Shown here in pieces: positions 52,726-62,075 of a stretch of DNA of 64,000 nt. The notes under the pieces were generated by a model that saw only the letters and a program-made list of their open reading frames with translations, searched no databases and was not told the origin of the DNA. The DNA comes from Acidobacteriota bacterium. Lineage in GTDB: Bacteria > Acidobacteriota > Vicinamibacteria > Vicinamibacterales > UBA2999. The stretch spans positions 13,608-77,607 of the forward strand of contig JACPCS010000104.1 of the NCBI GenBank assembly GCA_016184455.1, in the 5' to 3' direction. How positions within the stretch are numbered: the stretch's first letter is position 1; each line of letters opens with the position of its first letter. A program made the position numbers and the translations under genes.

Positions 52726-55700
52726 GGAAGGACCTCTACGATCAGCGGCGGCTTCGTGTTCACGTTCGACACCGCTCCGCCACCTATCAGGATTCCCACG
52801 TATCCGGATCTGTCGGCCGTCGAGATCTGAACCGACGCCTGCTGCCTCGACTGCACGCCATCCTTGCTCCAGATGCCGAACCCGGAGAACGAGACGGTGT
52901 CGATGTCGCTCGAGCCGCGCGACCGGCCGAAATCGATCCACGTCACCGACTGCAGCCGGAACGTGCCGTCCTGGGACGCGTTCGTGTACTCGAAGTGCCC
53001 GCGCCCGGCCGCATCGAGGCCAAACGAGTACGAGAACACTTCGCCGTTTGACGCGACGACGTTGGACGCGACGCCGGTGAGGCTGGCGCCGCCCGGACGG
53101 CCGCCTTCGATGGCGTGCAGCCACAGGAATGGGTCGAGCACCGACCCGGGGCCGATGACGAACGCGGACGCCAGATCCGGCTGGGGAAACCTGAACCCCG
53201 CTGGATATGGCACGGTCGTCTGCCCTTTGAACCGGAAGATCGTCCCGCCGCCGCCCGCCGCCTCGAACCGCGCCGGACCGCGAAAATAGAAGGACGATTT
53301 CGGCGTTCGCGGCTCGACCCGCAAGAGCGCGAGAAACACATCCTGGTCGAGGAACCCGCGGTGCAGCAGGTCGGTCAGCAGCTGCCCGCTGCGGACATCC
53401 ACTGCGCCCACCGAGATGTCGAACGGGTCCTCAAGGAACGACACCCCCTCGAGAAAGTACGTCCTGAGCGGGAAACGCAGGAGCTCGTCATAGCCCAGGG
53501 GCCCCAGGGACAGGCGTCCCGGAAATGCCTCGGTGACGGCTGACGGTTCGACCGCCTGCAGCAGGCCGCCCGGGCCGAGCAGCGTCACCAGAACCGGAAT
53601 GGAGTTGCCGGAACGGACGCCGAACTGGATCTCCGCCCGCCCGATGAGATGCGAACGCCCGGTCGCGCTTCCCAGCTCGGGCGCGTTCAGCGTGAACCGG
53701 TCTCCAAAGCTGCTCCTGCGGCCGAACAGCGAGTACTCTCGAATCGTGTTCTGCGGCAGATCCGGCACGTCGGTCGTGTCGAGGCTGATATCCCTCGTGT
53801 TCAGGCAGACATGCGGATGCATGACGGTCCCCGGTGCGGGGATCGTCGCGTAGTCGAGAGCGGGACCTGCAAACGGCAGCGGGAAGCGCAGCGGGTCTCC
53901 ACCCAGCGCGGCGCCAAGGGGGAGAAACGTCGTCCCGAAGAAGGCGAAATCGAGCAGCCCGTCCGGCCGCTGCTCGAAGCGCGCCCATGCAGACCCGTAT
54001 TGCCCGGGAAACGTGATCGCCCGCCGGGGAAAGTGCGGATTGACAGCCGCGAGCGCGGCGAGCCCAGACGTCGCAATCGCGAACGAGAAGCTCAGATTCC
54101 GGACTTCGCCCGTCACGAGGTCCAGATCCCCTGTCGAGACTGCGCCGGGAAAGTCGCTCACGCGGTTGCCGAGAAACGGCATCTGATAAAACGACGGCGC
54201 CACGAGCGTGCTGTCGTCGCCGACGAGCCCGTCGAGCAGCGTCACCGTGAAGTGCGTCACGTCGCCTTCGGGCGGGGTGAACTGGATCCGGATGCGGCCA
54301 CTGAGGTGGCTGTCCGTCATGACGTGGCCGTTGAACAGCAGCCCCGCACAGCTGCCATAGGCGCTCTCACGCTTGCTGCGGCAGTTCACCGCGCGGATCG
54401 CCTCTCCGAAGTAGCTCGTCTCCTTGCACACGGGCAACGTCTGGACCAGCCTGGGCGGGAGCCGCAGGCGCGTGCTGGTGCCCCCGTGCTGCGGTGTTCC
54501 GGCGAAGAGGGCCGGCGCCGGGACAGACATGACGCGATCGGGCGCCTGCGGCGGCGGCAGCGGGCGTGACAGATCGGCGATCGTCCACGGCGGCCCCTGA
54601 CCGCACTCGTACAGCGCCACGGAGTCGTCGGCCATCACGCGCGCGACGTCGATGAGCGGAAACGACGCGTCGAACGCGTCGTTGAGAAACTCCAGCAGCG
54701 CGGTCGCCAGCATGGCGTGGCCGGTCGCACCCGGGTAACACCCGTTCAGCGTATAGAACCCACCGAGGTACCGTCCGGTCAGGAGGCGGTCGCCCACCGC
54801 TGCGCCGTTCCGATTGAGGCATTCCAGCCACGCAGCGAGGTCGAACAGCCATCCGCCCGCGGACCTCGTGGCGGATTCGACCTCCACGTTGAGCGCCTTC
54901 ACCTGCGCCGAGATCGCCTGGCCCAGGGCATCGTCGAGCACCGCGCCTGCGGAGAGGCGTCCGATCTCGCGCCGCAGCAACTGATTGCCAATCTCGACCA
55001 GCCCGGACACGCTGACTCGCGCGTCCGAGGCCAGCCCGTAGAGCTGCTCGAGCAGTCCTGGATCGGTCCGGAGAATCGTCGCGGCGTCGGGCAAGCGCGA
55101 GAAGAACGCCGTTGTCAGCGGATCGGGGATGTTCAGGACGAGCACGCGCGCGCCGGCGTCGCGCAGTGTCCCCACGAGACGCTCGTAATACGCGTGGACC
55201 GATTCCGGCGTTGGGAGCCTCCGCGGGTCCTGCGCGACAGCGGCGTCCAGCACCTCGTCGAACCCAAGCGCCACCACCGCGATCGTGGGCCGGCGCCGCA
55301 CGACGCGCTCCAGCAACGTGGGCGCACATGCGGCGTCAGACCCGCCCTCCGTCGACAGCCCGAGGACCAGGTTGAGCATCGTCCGCGTGGCGTCCTCGCG
55401 CCAGACGAGCGGCGGAGTGGCGCGTTCGGTCAACGCCTGTGCGACGCCCATGCCAGGCACGCAGAAGCCACACAGCGCATCGTCAGCGCGCGGCACAGGA
55501 TCGAGCACCGCACCCTGCATGGCAGCGGGTACCCTGACGGGCAGGGGCGGAAGACCAGGCATCCAGGGGACACCCGGTGCTTCGATGAGCCGTTGGGTGT
55601 AGGTGGTGCCCATCTGCTGGGCAAGCCTGGCGGGAAAACTCCGCCGCTGCCCCTCGGCGCTGAGGTAAAAATCGCCTGTCCCGGCGGCAAGCCCATCGCC

Positions 55701-55874
55701 GATGACCACGAATGAAGAGGGATCCAGCGAACCGGGGTGCGGAACCCTCCGATCAGCGGGCGCGGCGAACGACGCCATGGGCCCTGGGACCATCGCGCCG
55801 GCGATCAACCGTGCCGTCCACAGCGACATCCCCCAGCTGAACCGCAAGAATGAGTCGATGACGCTCCTGACCAT
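52722..55874 (-). CDS. 1050-aa protein: N-terminal SW-MS motif, SGNH-like domain without the Ser/Asp/His triad, large beta-rich C-terminal region of unknown function
   Basis: The ATG at 55874 lies 10 nt after GAGG. The N-terminus is MVRSVIDSFLRFSWGMSLWTARL. FVVIGDGLAAGTG sits where SGNH has GDSxxxG. NGCYPGATGHAMLA sits where SGNH has DxxHP..G. I recognise no family for the remaining ~650 aa. Confidence 0.55.
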   Translation of the reverse strand: MVRSVIDSFLRFSWGMSLWTARLIAGAMVPGPMASFAAPADRRVPHPGSLDPSSFVVIGDGLAAGTGDFYLSAEGQRRSFPARLAQQMGTTYTQRLIEAPGVPWMPGLPPLPVRVPAAMQGAVLDPVPRADDALCGFCVPGMGVAQALTERATPPLVWREDATRTMLNLVLGLSTEGGSDAACAPTLLERVVRRRPTIAVVALGFDEVLDAAVAQDPRRLPTPESVHAYYERLVGTLRDAGARVLVLNIPDPLTTAFFSRLPDAATILRTDPGLLEQLYGLASDARVSVSGLVEIGNQLLRREIGRLSAGAVLDDALGQAISAQVKALNVEVESATRSAGGWLFDLAAWLECLNRNGAAVGDRLLTGRYLGGFYTLNGCYPGATGHAMLATALLEFLNDAFDASFPLIDVARVMADDSVALYECGQGPPWTIADLSRPLPPPQAPDRVMSVPAPALFAGTPQHGGTSTRLRLPPRLVQTLPVCKETSYFGEAIRAVNCRSKRESAYGSCAGLLFNGHVMTDSHLSGRIRIQFTPPEGDVTHFTVTLLDGLVGDDSTLVAPSFYQMPFLGNRVSDFPGAVSTGDLDLVTGEVRNLSFSFAIATSGLAALAAVNPHFPRRAITFPGQYGSAWARFEQRPDGLLDFAFFGTTFLPLGAALGGDPLRFPLPFAGPALDYATIPAPGTVMHPHVCLNTRDISLDTTDVPDLPQNTIREYSLFGRRSSFGDRFTLNAPELGSATGRSHLIGRAEIQFGVRSGNSIPVLVTLLGPGGLLQAVEPSAVTEAFPGRLSLGPLGYDELLRFPLRTYFLEGVSFLEDPFDISVGAVDVRSGQLLTDLLHRGFLDQDVFLALLRVEPRTPKSSFYFRGPARFEAAGGGGTIFRFKGQTTVPYPAGFRFPQPDLASAFVIGPGSVLDPFLWLHAIEGGRPGGASLTGVASNVVASNGEVFSYSFGLDAAGRGHFEYTNASQDGTFRLQSVTWIDFGRSRGSSDIDTVSFSGFGIWSKDGVQSRQQASVQISTADRSGYVGILIGGGAVSNVNTKPPLIVEVLP

Positions 55875-55885
55875 CGGCCGATGCC

Positions 55886-57100
55886 TCAATCGGGGATGAT
55901 GCACCCGCTCGCGACGCAGTCGTGCCGCCGCGTGTCCTCGAACCCCTGCGCGACGAGGCGCTCGAGGTGATCGAGTCCGAAACTGAGCCACCTGAACGTC
56001 GCGCCCATCGACTCCCGCGTGTGATACCGGTGGATCTCGATGGGCCGGTGCGGCGCGGCAGGCGCTCCGCGCGCCGCAGCGGCCGCCCGGGACCCCGCTT
56101 CATGGACGACCGCGCGGGCGTCGGCGGGCAGCGCCGGGCCTGTTTGACGGCGCATCACGTCGAGAGCGAGGTTGACGCGCGACGCAATTTCGATGTCGCG
56201 GTTCATCATGGCGCCGAGCGAAATCAGCACGGCCCGGTTCAGCGTGCTCACAGTGTTGCGAACGCGGGGCAGCGGCAGCGTGCCCACGTCGGGATTGAAA
56301 TACATGACGTGGAGCACGTCAGCGCCGGTGTCGATCGCCTGCTTGAGCGGCGTGTTCAGGACAAACGATGCGTCCGCGTAAGGTGCGCCATCGATGTCGA
56401 CCGACGGGAAGAGCCCGGGAATCGCGATTGCCGCCTGGATGATCGCGGCGCTGGTGTCGTTGGTGAAGTCGGCGTTCCCGAAGATGCGGACGGCGCCCGT
56501 CTTCCAGTTGATCGCGGCAACGCGAAGCGTCAGAGCGGATCGGCGTATCGCGGCAGGGTCGATGTCGCGGCGGATGACGCCCCTGAAGGGTTCGACCGAG
56601 ATGAATGTTTCGACATCGACGAGCTCGACCAGCCGTTGCTCGAGGGTGCCTCGCGCCGCCAGCAGCGCCACGCCGCGCCTCGCGAGATCCTCCGTCACAT
56701 GCACCGTGTCTTGGAGGAACTCGACAAGAAGTCGCGCCGGATCGGCGATGCATCCAAGTTCGGCGAACCGGGCCGCATTGAGCCTGAGCCGGAACACGCC
56801 GTTGCCGCATGTCTCCACGGAGTCGGCCAGATCGCGCAGCCATGTGCGTTCCAGGTGGTCGACCGCCGCCCGAAACCCCCGGTTGGCTGCCGACACGAGG
56901 AGGGCCGCATTGAACGCGCCCGCCGAGGCACCCACCACGATTTGCGGCTCGAGCGGCCAGTAGTTCGATGCCGGCGACACTCCGTCCAGCAGCGCCCGCA
57001 CCACCCCGATCTGGTACGCGGCGTACGCGCCGCCGCCGGCGAGAATGAACGCGTGCTTGCGGGCGGCGCCGCCGGTCTCGTTCGCGCGTCCACCCGTCAT
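55886..57100 (-). CDS. Patatin-like phospholipase
   Basis: The oxyanion motif is ILAGGGAYAAYQIG, the nucleophile motif is GASAGAFNA (GxSxG), and the Asp motif is DIDGAPYADAS. The start is taken at ATG 57100 (ATGA overlap); the ORF-track start is 57124. Confidence 0.8.
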   Translation of the reverse strand: MTGGRANETGGAARKHAFILAGGGAYAAYQIGVVRALLDGVSPASNYWPLEPQIVVGASAGAFNAALLVSAANRGFRAAVDHLERTWLRDLADSVETCGNGVFRLRLNAARFAELGCIADPARLLVEFLQDTVHVTEDLARRGVALLAARGTLEQRLVELVDVETFISVEPFRGVIRRDIDPAAIRRSALTLRVAAINWKTGAVRIFGNADFTNDTSAAIIQAAIAIPGLFPSVDIDGAPYADASFVLNTPLKQAIDTGADVLHVMYFNPDVGTLPLPRVRNTVSTLNRAVLISLGAMMNRDIEIASRVNLALDVMRRQTGPALPADARAVVHEAGSRAAAAARGAPAAPHRPIEIHRYHTRESMGATFRWLSFGLDHLERLVAQGFEDTRRHDCVASGCIIPD

Positions 57101-58368
57101 GAGCTGCGCCCTGTTATCACCCACTCAGGCAGCGCGGAGGCATCGAGCCAGTCTGGGATCTGCCGCCACGTCAGCAGCGATCCGACAATCGTCTGGTAGT
57201 GCTGCCTGAAGTGCTGCACGAGGAACTGCTTGTCGAGGGCGTCGCGTGCGATGCACAGCCGGTCGGCCGCGTAGCCGCCGGTCAGCACGTTGGCGAGCGC
57301 GACGTAGGTGTAGACCGGATCGAAGGCGCCGAGCCGTATGGGCCGCTCGTCGAGCGCCTCCCGCAGCGGTCGCAGCAGCCCCGCGGCCGCCCCGCCCGAG
57401 ATCCGATCGGCCGTCCACAGGGCCCAGTCCACCGGGTCGAGTGAGACGCTGGCGACGGCAGTCGGCCGGTTCGCGACAAACACCATGTGGACCCGGATCT
57501 GCCCGCTTGCCAGCACGCTGAACCGGATCACTTCGACGGCCGCATCGAACCGTCCGGGACCGTAGGCCAGAAACCCGGAGGGGGGCGCCTTGATGAACGC
57601 ATAGCCGACCGCATATTCGCCCAGGACCCCCGGCTCCGGATCCGTGCGATCCGTGATCAGTTCGGGGGAGAGGACCAGCTGGCTCTGCTCGTCGAGCGTG
57701 AACACGATCTCCGGCCCCCCTTCGCCAAGGGGCCGGAAGGTGACGTCGAAGTCGAAGATGCGGACCTTGGCGACGACCCATTCGTAGGTGCGGCCCAAAT
57801 CGCGCAGATCGACGATGACGCTCGCGTCCGCTTCCGAGAAGCGGCCGATCTCACCGGTCTCGCGCAGCTTGTAGAAGAGCTGCGTGAACCCGAAACCCTC
57901 TCGCGGCGGATCCGTCGAGGGACACCAGCTCAAACGGGCCAGGCACGGGGGCGGCGCGGCGACGCGCTGCGTCTCGCCAGACTCCGGCTGGCGGAAGTCG
58001 CTGACGCGCATGAAGTACCGAAGCACGAACTCGCGGACCTGACGATTCGTCCAGGCCGCGACCTCGCGCTCGCTTCCGGCCGGCGCGCGGACCCAGTCGT
58101 ACAGCATGTCCTGAACGCTTCCCATCACGGGCACCCGTCCGAAGCTGAGCTGCACCTCGTCGAAAAAGCCGTAGCTCGTATCGGGGCGGTTGAAGGTGCG
58201 CTGAAGCTCGAAGCACTCCGCATATGCGCGCGTCGGATCGACGCGGTCGAACCAGCGCTTCAGCAGCAGCGCATCCGACAAGTAGCGATCGACCGAGGCC
58301 AGGACGGCCCGATCGGCGGCGGTGAACTCGCCGTCCGGCAGACGGGTCGTCCTGCCCGTGCTCGTCAT
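57097..58368 (-). CDS. Hypothetical 423-aa protein (no family recognised)
   Basis: It is a long ORF in the operon frame with codon usage like its neighbours. The ATG at 58368 lies 9 nt after GGGAG; the alternative is 58377. It is coupled to the patatin gene by an ATGA overlap. Confidence 0.55.
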   Translation of the reverse strand: MTSTGRTTRLPDGEFTAADRAVLASVDRYLSDALLLKRWFDRVDPTRAYAECFELQRTFNRPDTSYGFFDEVQLSFGRVPVMGSVQDMLYDWVRAPAGSEREVAAWTNRQVREFVLRYFMRVSDFRQPESGETQRVAAPPPCLARLSWCPSTDPPREGFGFTQLFYKLRETGEIGRFSEADASVIVDLRDLGRTYEWVVAKVRIFDFDVTFRPLGEGGPEIVFTLDEQSQLVLSPELITDRTDPEPGVLGEYAVGYAFIKAPPSGFLAYGPGRFDAAVEVIRFSVLASGQIRVHMVFVANRPTAVASVSLDPVDWALWTADRISGGAAAGLLRPLREALDERPIRLGAFDPVYTYVALANVLTGGYAADRLCIARDALDKQFLVQHFRQHYQTIVGSLLTWRQIPDWLDASALPEWVITGRSS

Positions 58369-58407
58369 CGCGTCCATCTCCCGGCCGATCGCCTCGCCTT
58401 GCCACGC

Positions 58408-59235
58408 TTAAGGCGCTCCCGCCGCCTTTCCGGGCGCCCTGCCTCCTCCCCCGGCTGGCGCCACGGCGCCCTTTTCCTGGATCGCATCGCGGATCTGCTC
58501 GAGCACCTCGACCTCGCGCTCATCGTGCAGGAACTTCTCGCGCGCATAGCGCGACAGCACCTCGAAGTACACGCGCAGGAATTTCTTGTCGCTTTCCGGC
58601 AACCAGTACACGCGACGCTCGCCGCCTCGGTTCTTCTCGTCCTCCCACTTCTTGACGATGTCGGGATCGGAAGTCTTTTCGGCCTGATTGGCGGGGTAGC
58701 TCTTCCTCGCCCACTTCGGCGGCAGCGGCGTTTCATTGAGGCGCTGCACGAATTCGGCGATCTTCCACGCCGTGAACGCGGTCTCGGTCATGTTGTCGTA
58801 GACGAGCTCCTCCTGCTCGGGAAAGGCGACTTCGTAATCGCGCTTGACGAACAGCACCTTGTAGCGCACGAGCTTCAACATGTCGTCGTTCAAATTCGTG
58901 TCGGGCATGGCACCTGTCTCCTTCTGGCGGTCACGCGCCGCATGTCTGTCGGTCTCCGCTGTCCCCTCGGCGATCGGCCCAGCCCGAGCGGCGGGCTCAC
59001 GCCAGTCGGCCCGAACGGGGGAAGCCGCACGGTCGCGCACGCGCTCGCCCGGAACCGCCGCAGCGCCGGCAAGTGCATTGAGGCCCTCGTCGGCGAAACG
59101 CTGCAGTCCCTGCAGCGTGAGCACGACCATCTCCATACCGAACACGAACGCGGCAACCGGTAGCCGCACGATGCGCGCCACCAGGCCCACCACGCCGGCC
59201 GAAGACGCTGGAGACTCATGGTCAGACTCCGTCAC
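58408..59235 (-). CDS. Hypothetical 275-aa protein: hydrophobic/amphipathic N-terminal segment plus a K/E-rich lower-GC C-terminal domain
   Basis: The GTG at 59235 overlaps the upstream stop (GTGA) and lies 5-6 nt after GGAGGAG. The N-terminal segment is LPVAAFVFGMEMVVLTLQGL. An internal ATG at 58908 is preceded by AAGGAG. I recognise no family for the C-terminal domain LVRYKVLFVKRDYEVAFPEQ...YWLPESDKKFLRVYFEVL. Confidence 0.55.
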   Translation of the reverse strand: MTESDHESPASSAGVVGLVARIVRLPVAAFVFGMEMVVLTLQGLQRFADEGLNALAGAAAVPGERVRDRAASPVRADWREPAARAGPIAEGTAETDRHAARDRQKETGAMPDTNLNDDMLKLVRYKVLFVKRDYEVAFPEQEELVYDNMTETAFTAWKIAEFVQRLNETPLPPKWARKSYPANQAEKTSDPDIVKKWEDEKNRGGERRVYWLPESDKKFLRVYFEVLSRYAREKFLHDEREVEVLEQIRDAIQEKGAVAPAGGGGRAPGKAAGAP

Positions 59236-60833
59236 GTCCACTCCTCCGTCAGGACGACAACGGCGGCGGTCAGCGCCGCTACGATGAGAGCCCGCATCCA
59301 CACGGCCACGCTGAGTTGCCCGCCGTTCCCCAGCAGAATCGCTATCCCGAAGACCAGCAGGATGACCAGCAGCACTGATGCAGGCCGCCTTCGGCTGTCG
59401 CCGTCGGCCGGCATCCCGACCCTGAGGCGCACGCGTCCCGCCGACGCATGCTGCAGCAGGTCGTCGACCCGTTCGGGCAGCGTAAGCGCCAGATGGAAAT
59501 ACTCCGCGGCCATCCTGCGGACTTCATCCGGGTCGACCGCGCTGACCACGTTGCGAATCCGTTCCGTCTCCTGAAGATCCTGGAGCGCGCGCCGCAGGAC
59601 GTCTCCGTCCGGCGCCAGCGTCTGCGCGATGCGCGCCACGGCGGTGAGGCCGCGGTAGAACGCGGTCATGTGGGACAGGAGGACGAACCCGGCGCTTGTG
59701 GCACGACGCCAGTGCACCCACAGGTACTGCTCGATTCCTCCGTCGTCGGCGCCATCGCACCAGTCGCTGTCGCGAAAGGGCACCGCCTGCCGGAACTGGC
59801 GGCGGAGTCCCTCCACGTCTGCCCCGTCGGACCGCGGCCGCATCTGCTGCAGGAAGGCCGCGACCGCCCGGTCGGGGTCGCGCACCGCGTTGTGGAGATA
59901 CTCGCGAAGCGCGGCCTGGTATTGCGGTGGAACGGCGTGAAACGGGCCCGTCGAGAACGCAATTCGGCAGCGGCCGCAGACCTCAATCGCCTCTGGTCGC
60001 AGGACCGCCGGGAACACCCGTCCGGCCGTCGCCTGCTGCAGCCATGCCAGCGCGATCAGCCGGGCGACGTCCTCGCGCGACGCTCGAGCGCCGGCGCCGC
60101 ACATCTGGTCCGCAAGCGTGGCGGCTCCGACGCTCTCGCACGTGAGCACGCTGTCACACGAGAGCGGCGCGTGCACCCGCGGCGCGGCGATCAGCGTGAA
60201 GGACTCGGCATCCTGTGCCAGCTGATCCAGCGCGTCCCGTTCCCGCCGCATGTCGAGCATCCCCTGAAACTCGCTCCGAAAGTCGTCGATGGCGGCGGCG
60301 AAGGCTTCGGGCGGACACTCCGGCGGTAACACCTCTCCGAGCGGCGCCAGCCTGTCGAGGTGATCGGCGTCGGCCGCCAGCTCCGGGCGGCTGACGCGCA
60401 CGACAACGGCGCGGCCGTTGTCGAGGAGCGCGCGGTGCGCTTGCCAGGCGACGTGCGACGCCGTCGGAGCGCTGTCGAAGTAGGCGAACCGTTCTGCGGC
60501 GCTGCCGAGGCCTCTGCCGATGACCTCGCGGAGGAGCGAGGGCTCCAGCGGCTCGGCCCATTCGGGCAGCGCGTCGAAGGCGGAGGCCCACCGCGCCGGC
60601 AGCAGATCGTGGCGTGCGGCCAGATAGCGCCCGAACAGCAGGAAGGCGCCGCCCAGCGACTCCATCAGCTCGCGTATCAGGCGGGGCAGGTCCTCCTCCT
60701 CCCGTCCGTGGCGTGCAACGACGTGCAGGCGGCCCCGCGCCCCGGTCAGGCGCGCCAGGGCCGCAATGCGCGCTTCGACGTCGCGCCGCCGCGTGTCGGC
60801 GCCGCCCGGCATGCTGGACGGACGCCGCGTCAC
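59232..60833 (-). CDS. ABC1/UbiB-like pseudokinase with two C-terminal TM helices
   Basis: LGGAFLLFGRYLAARHDLLP matches the ABC1 N-lobe motif. VAVKVQRP is replaced by VVVRVSRP. HADxHPGN is replaced by FPAVLRPEA. DFG is replaced by AFS. The C-terminus has VLLVILLVFGIAILL and ALIVAALTAAVVVL. A GTG start at 60833 overlaps the upstream stop, after GGGAG. Confidence 0.6.
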   Translation of the reverse strand: MTRRPSSMPGGADTRRRDVEARIAALARLTGARGRLHVVARHGREEEDLPRLIRELMESLGGAFLLFGRYLAARHDLLPARWASAFDALPEWAEPLEPSLLREVIGRGLGSAAERFAYFDSAPTASHVAWQAHRALLDNGRAVVVRVSRPELAADADHLDRLAPLGEVLPPECPPEAFAAAIDDFRSEFQGMLDMRRERDALDQLAQDAESFTLIAAPRVHAPLSCDSVLTCESVGAATLADQMCGAGARASREDVARLIALAWLQQATAGRVFPAVLRPEAIEVCGRCRIAFSTGPFHAVPPQYQAALREYLHNAVRDPDRAVAAFLQQMRPRSDGADVEGLRRQFRQAVPFRDSDWCDGADDGGIEQYLWVHWRRATSAGFVLLSHMTAFYRGLTAVARIAQTLAPDGDVLRRALQDLQETERIRNVVSAVDPDEVRRMAAEYFHLALTLPERVDDLLQHASAGRVRLRVGMPADGDSRRRPASVLLVILLVFGIAILLGNGGQLSVAVWMRALIVAALTAAVVVLTEEWT

Positions 60834-62047
60834 ATGCCGCTCCCTGACACATGTCCCACGGCGCGGTACTGAAACAAACGCTCTAGCGCGATGCCGGATT
60901 CGGCCTGACGCAGGCGCTGCACCGCATCGATCGCAGGGATTGCGGCGGACCACAGCCGCTCGGAGGCGGCGTCGGTCGGCGCGTACGCGCAGAACCTCGG
61001 CACAAACGGATTGGCGGCATCGGTCGCGAGCGCCATCGCAAACGACGACAGGACGCCTGAGGCGACGGCATCGTCGCGCGACACGGTCTCGCCGATCGAG
61101 GGCAGCAGCGCGGCGACGATCTCCGGCTCGCGCACGTTCACGAGCGCGGTCGCCCACGCGAGCCCCGCTGTCGCGTTCAAACGGGCTTCGGCGTCCGGCG
61201 GCTCAGACTCCAGACGCGCCCAGGGTGACGACACGCCGGGAAGGAACTCTAGCGGCGAGAAGTAAAGCGCACGGCCGACGCCATGCCAGAAGTACGGCCG
61301 GAGATCGGGCGCCGCAGCCGTCAGTGCGCGGTCGACAGCCGCGACGAGCGGTGGGTGCAGCGTGCGCGTGACGAGCCCAAGCGATTCGTACGCGCATCCG
61401 GCGTAGCCGGGCCGCGAGCTCCGCTCGCACTCGTCGCGAAACGCCTCGACCGTCACCGGGACGCTGCCCGCGTCGTCAAACGGCGTGGAGCCGCGGAGGA
61501 CGGCATCGCCGATCGACAGCCCGAGGCCCGCGTGCAGCATGAGGAGCGCGCGATCGGGCAGCGCGCCCGCGGCGGTGAGCAGGCGAGTCCCGCCGCCGTG
61601 CGCCCGCGCCCAGTCGGCGTAGTCGTGGCCGAGACCCTCGACGGCCCAGAGCCTGAGAAACGGCGGCAACAAGTACGCCACGTCGACCAGGTGCGGCATC
61701 TGGTCCTCGCTCGCGAGGTCCGTTCCGATGAAGCGGCGCGCGTGCTTCACGAGCGTGAAGACCTCGAGCTTGTTGGCGAGCTCCCGATAACCCAGCGCGA
61801 CCCCGCGGCAGGAGCCGAAGACCCGCATTGCCTCCGCCCACTGGGCCGCAGCCATCCGCGCCGTCGCGCCGATCCAGTCCGGCGTGAACGCTGCAAGAGT
61901 CGCTACGTCGAGCGCTGCATCCACGGTTCTCCTCTGCGCCTGGTCGACCGCTTGATAGATCGCCCACAGCACGTCGTCGAGCCGGCCGACCAGCTCCTGC
62001 GTGGTCGCCGCGAGTGCGCGCCCGGACCGCCACTCTCCGGTAGTCAC
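60830..62047 (-). CDS. DUF1702-like protein
   Basis: Reiterated helical-repeat motifs EGLGHDYA, HAGLGLSIG, YESLGLV, WHGVGRALYF and TAGLAWATAL resemble my recollection of DUF1702 (YEGAAMA, GIGFA, GIGRALWF, GVGLAATFAG). The start is uncertain: GTG 62047 is proposed, and ATG 62125 is the alternative. Confidence 0.4.
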   Translation of the reverse strand: MTTGEWRSGRALAATTQELVGRLDDVLWAIYQAVDQAQRRTVDAALDVATLAAFTPDWIGATARMAAAQWAEAMRVFGSCRGVALGYRELANKLEVFTLVKHARRFIGTDLASEDQMPHLVDVAYLLPPFLRLWAVEGLGHDYADWARAHGGGTRLLTAAGALPDRALLMLHAGLGLSIGDAVLRGSTPFDDAGSVPVTVEAFRDECERSSRPGYAGCAYESLGLVTRTLHPPLVAAVDRALTAAAPDLRPYFWHGVGRALYFSPLEFLPGVSSPWARLESEPPDAEARLNATAGLAWATALVNVREPEIVAALLPSIGETVSRDDAVASGVLSSFAMALATDAANPFVPRFCAYAPTDAASERLWSAAIPAIDAVQRLRQAESGIALERLFQYRAVGHVSGSGM

Positions 62048-62075
62048 CGCGAAACAACGCCCCCGCCGATCGATG

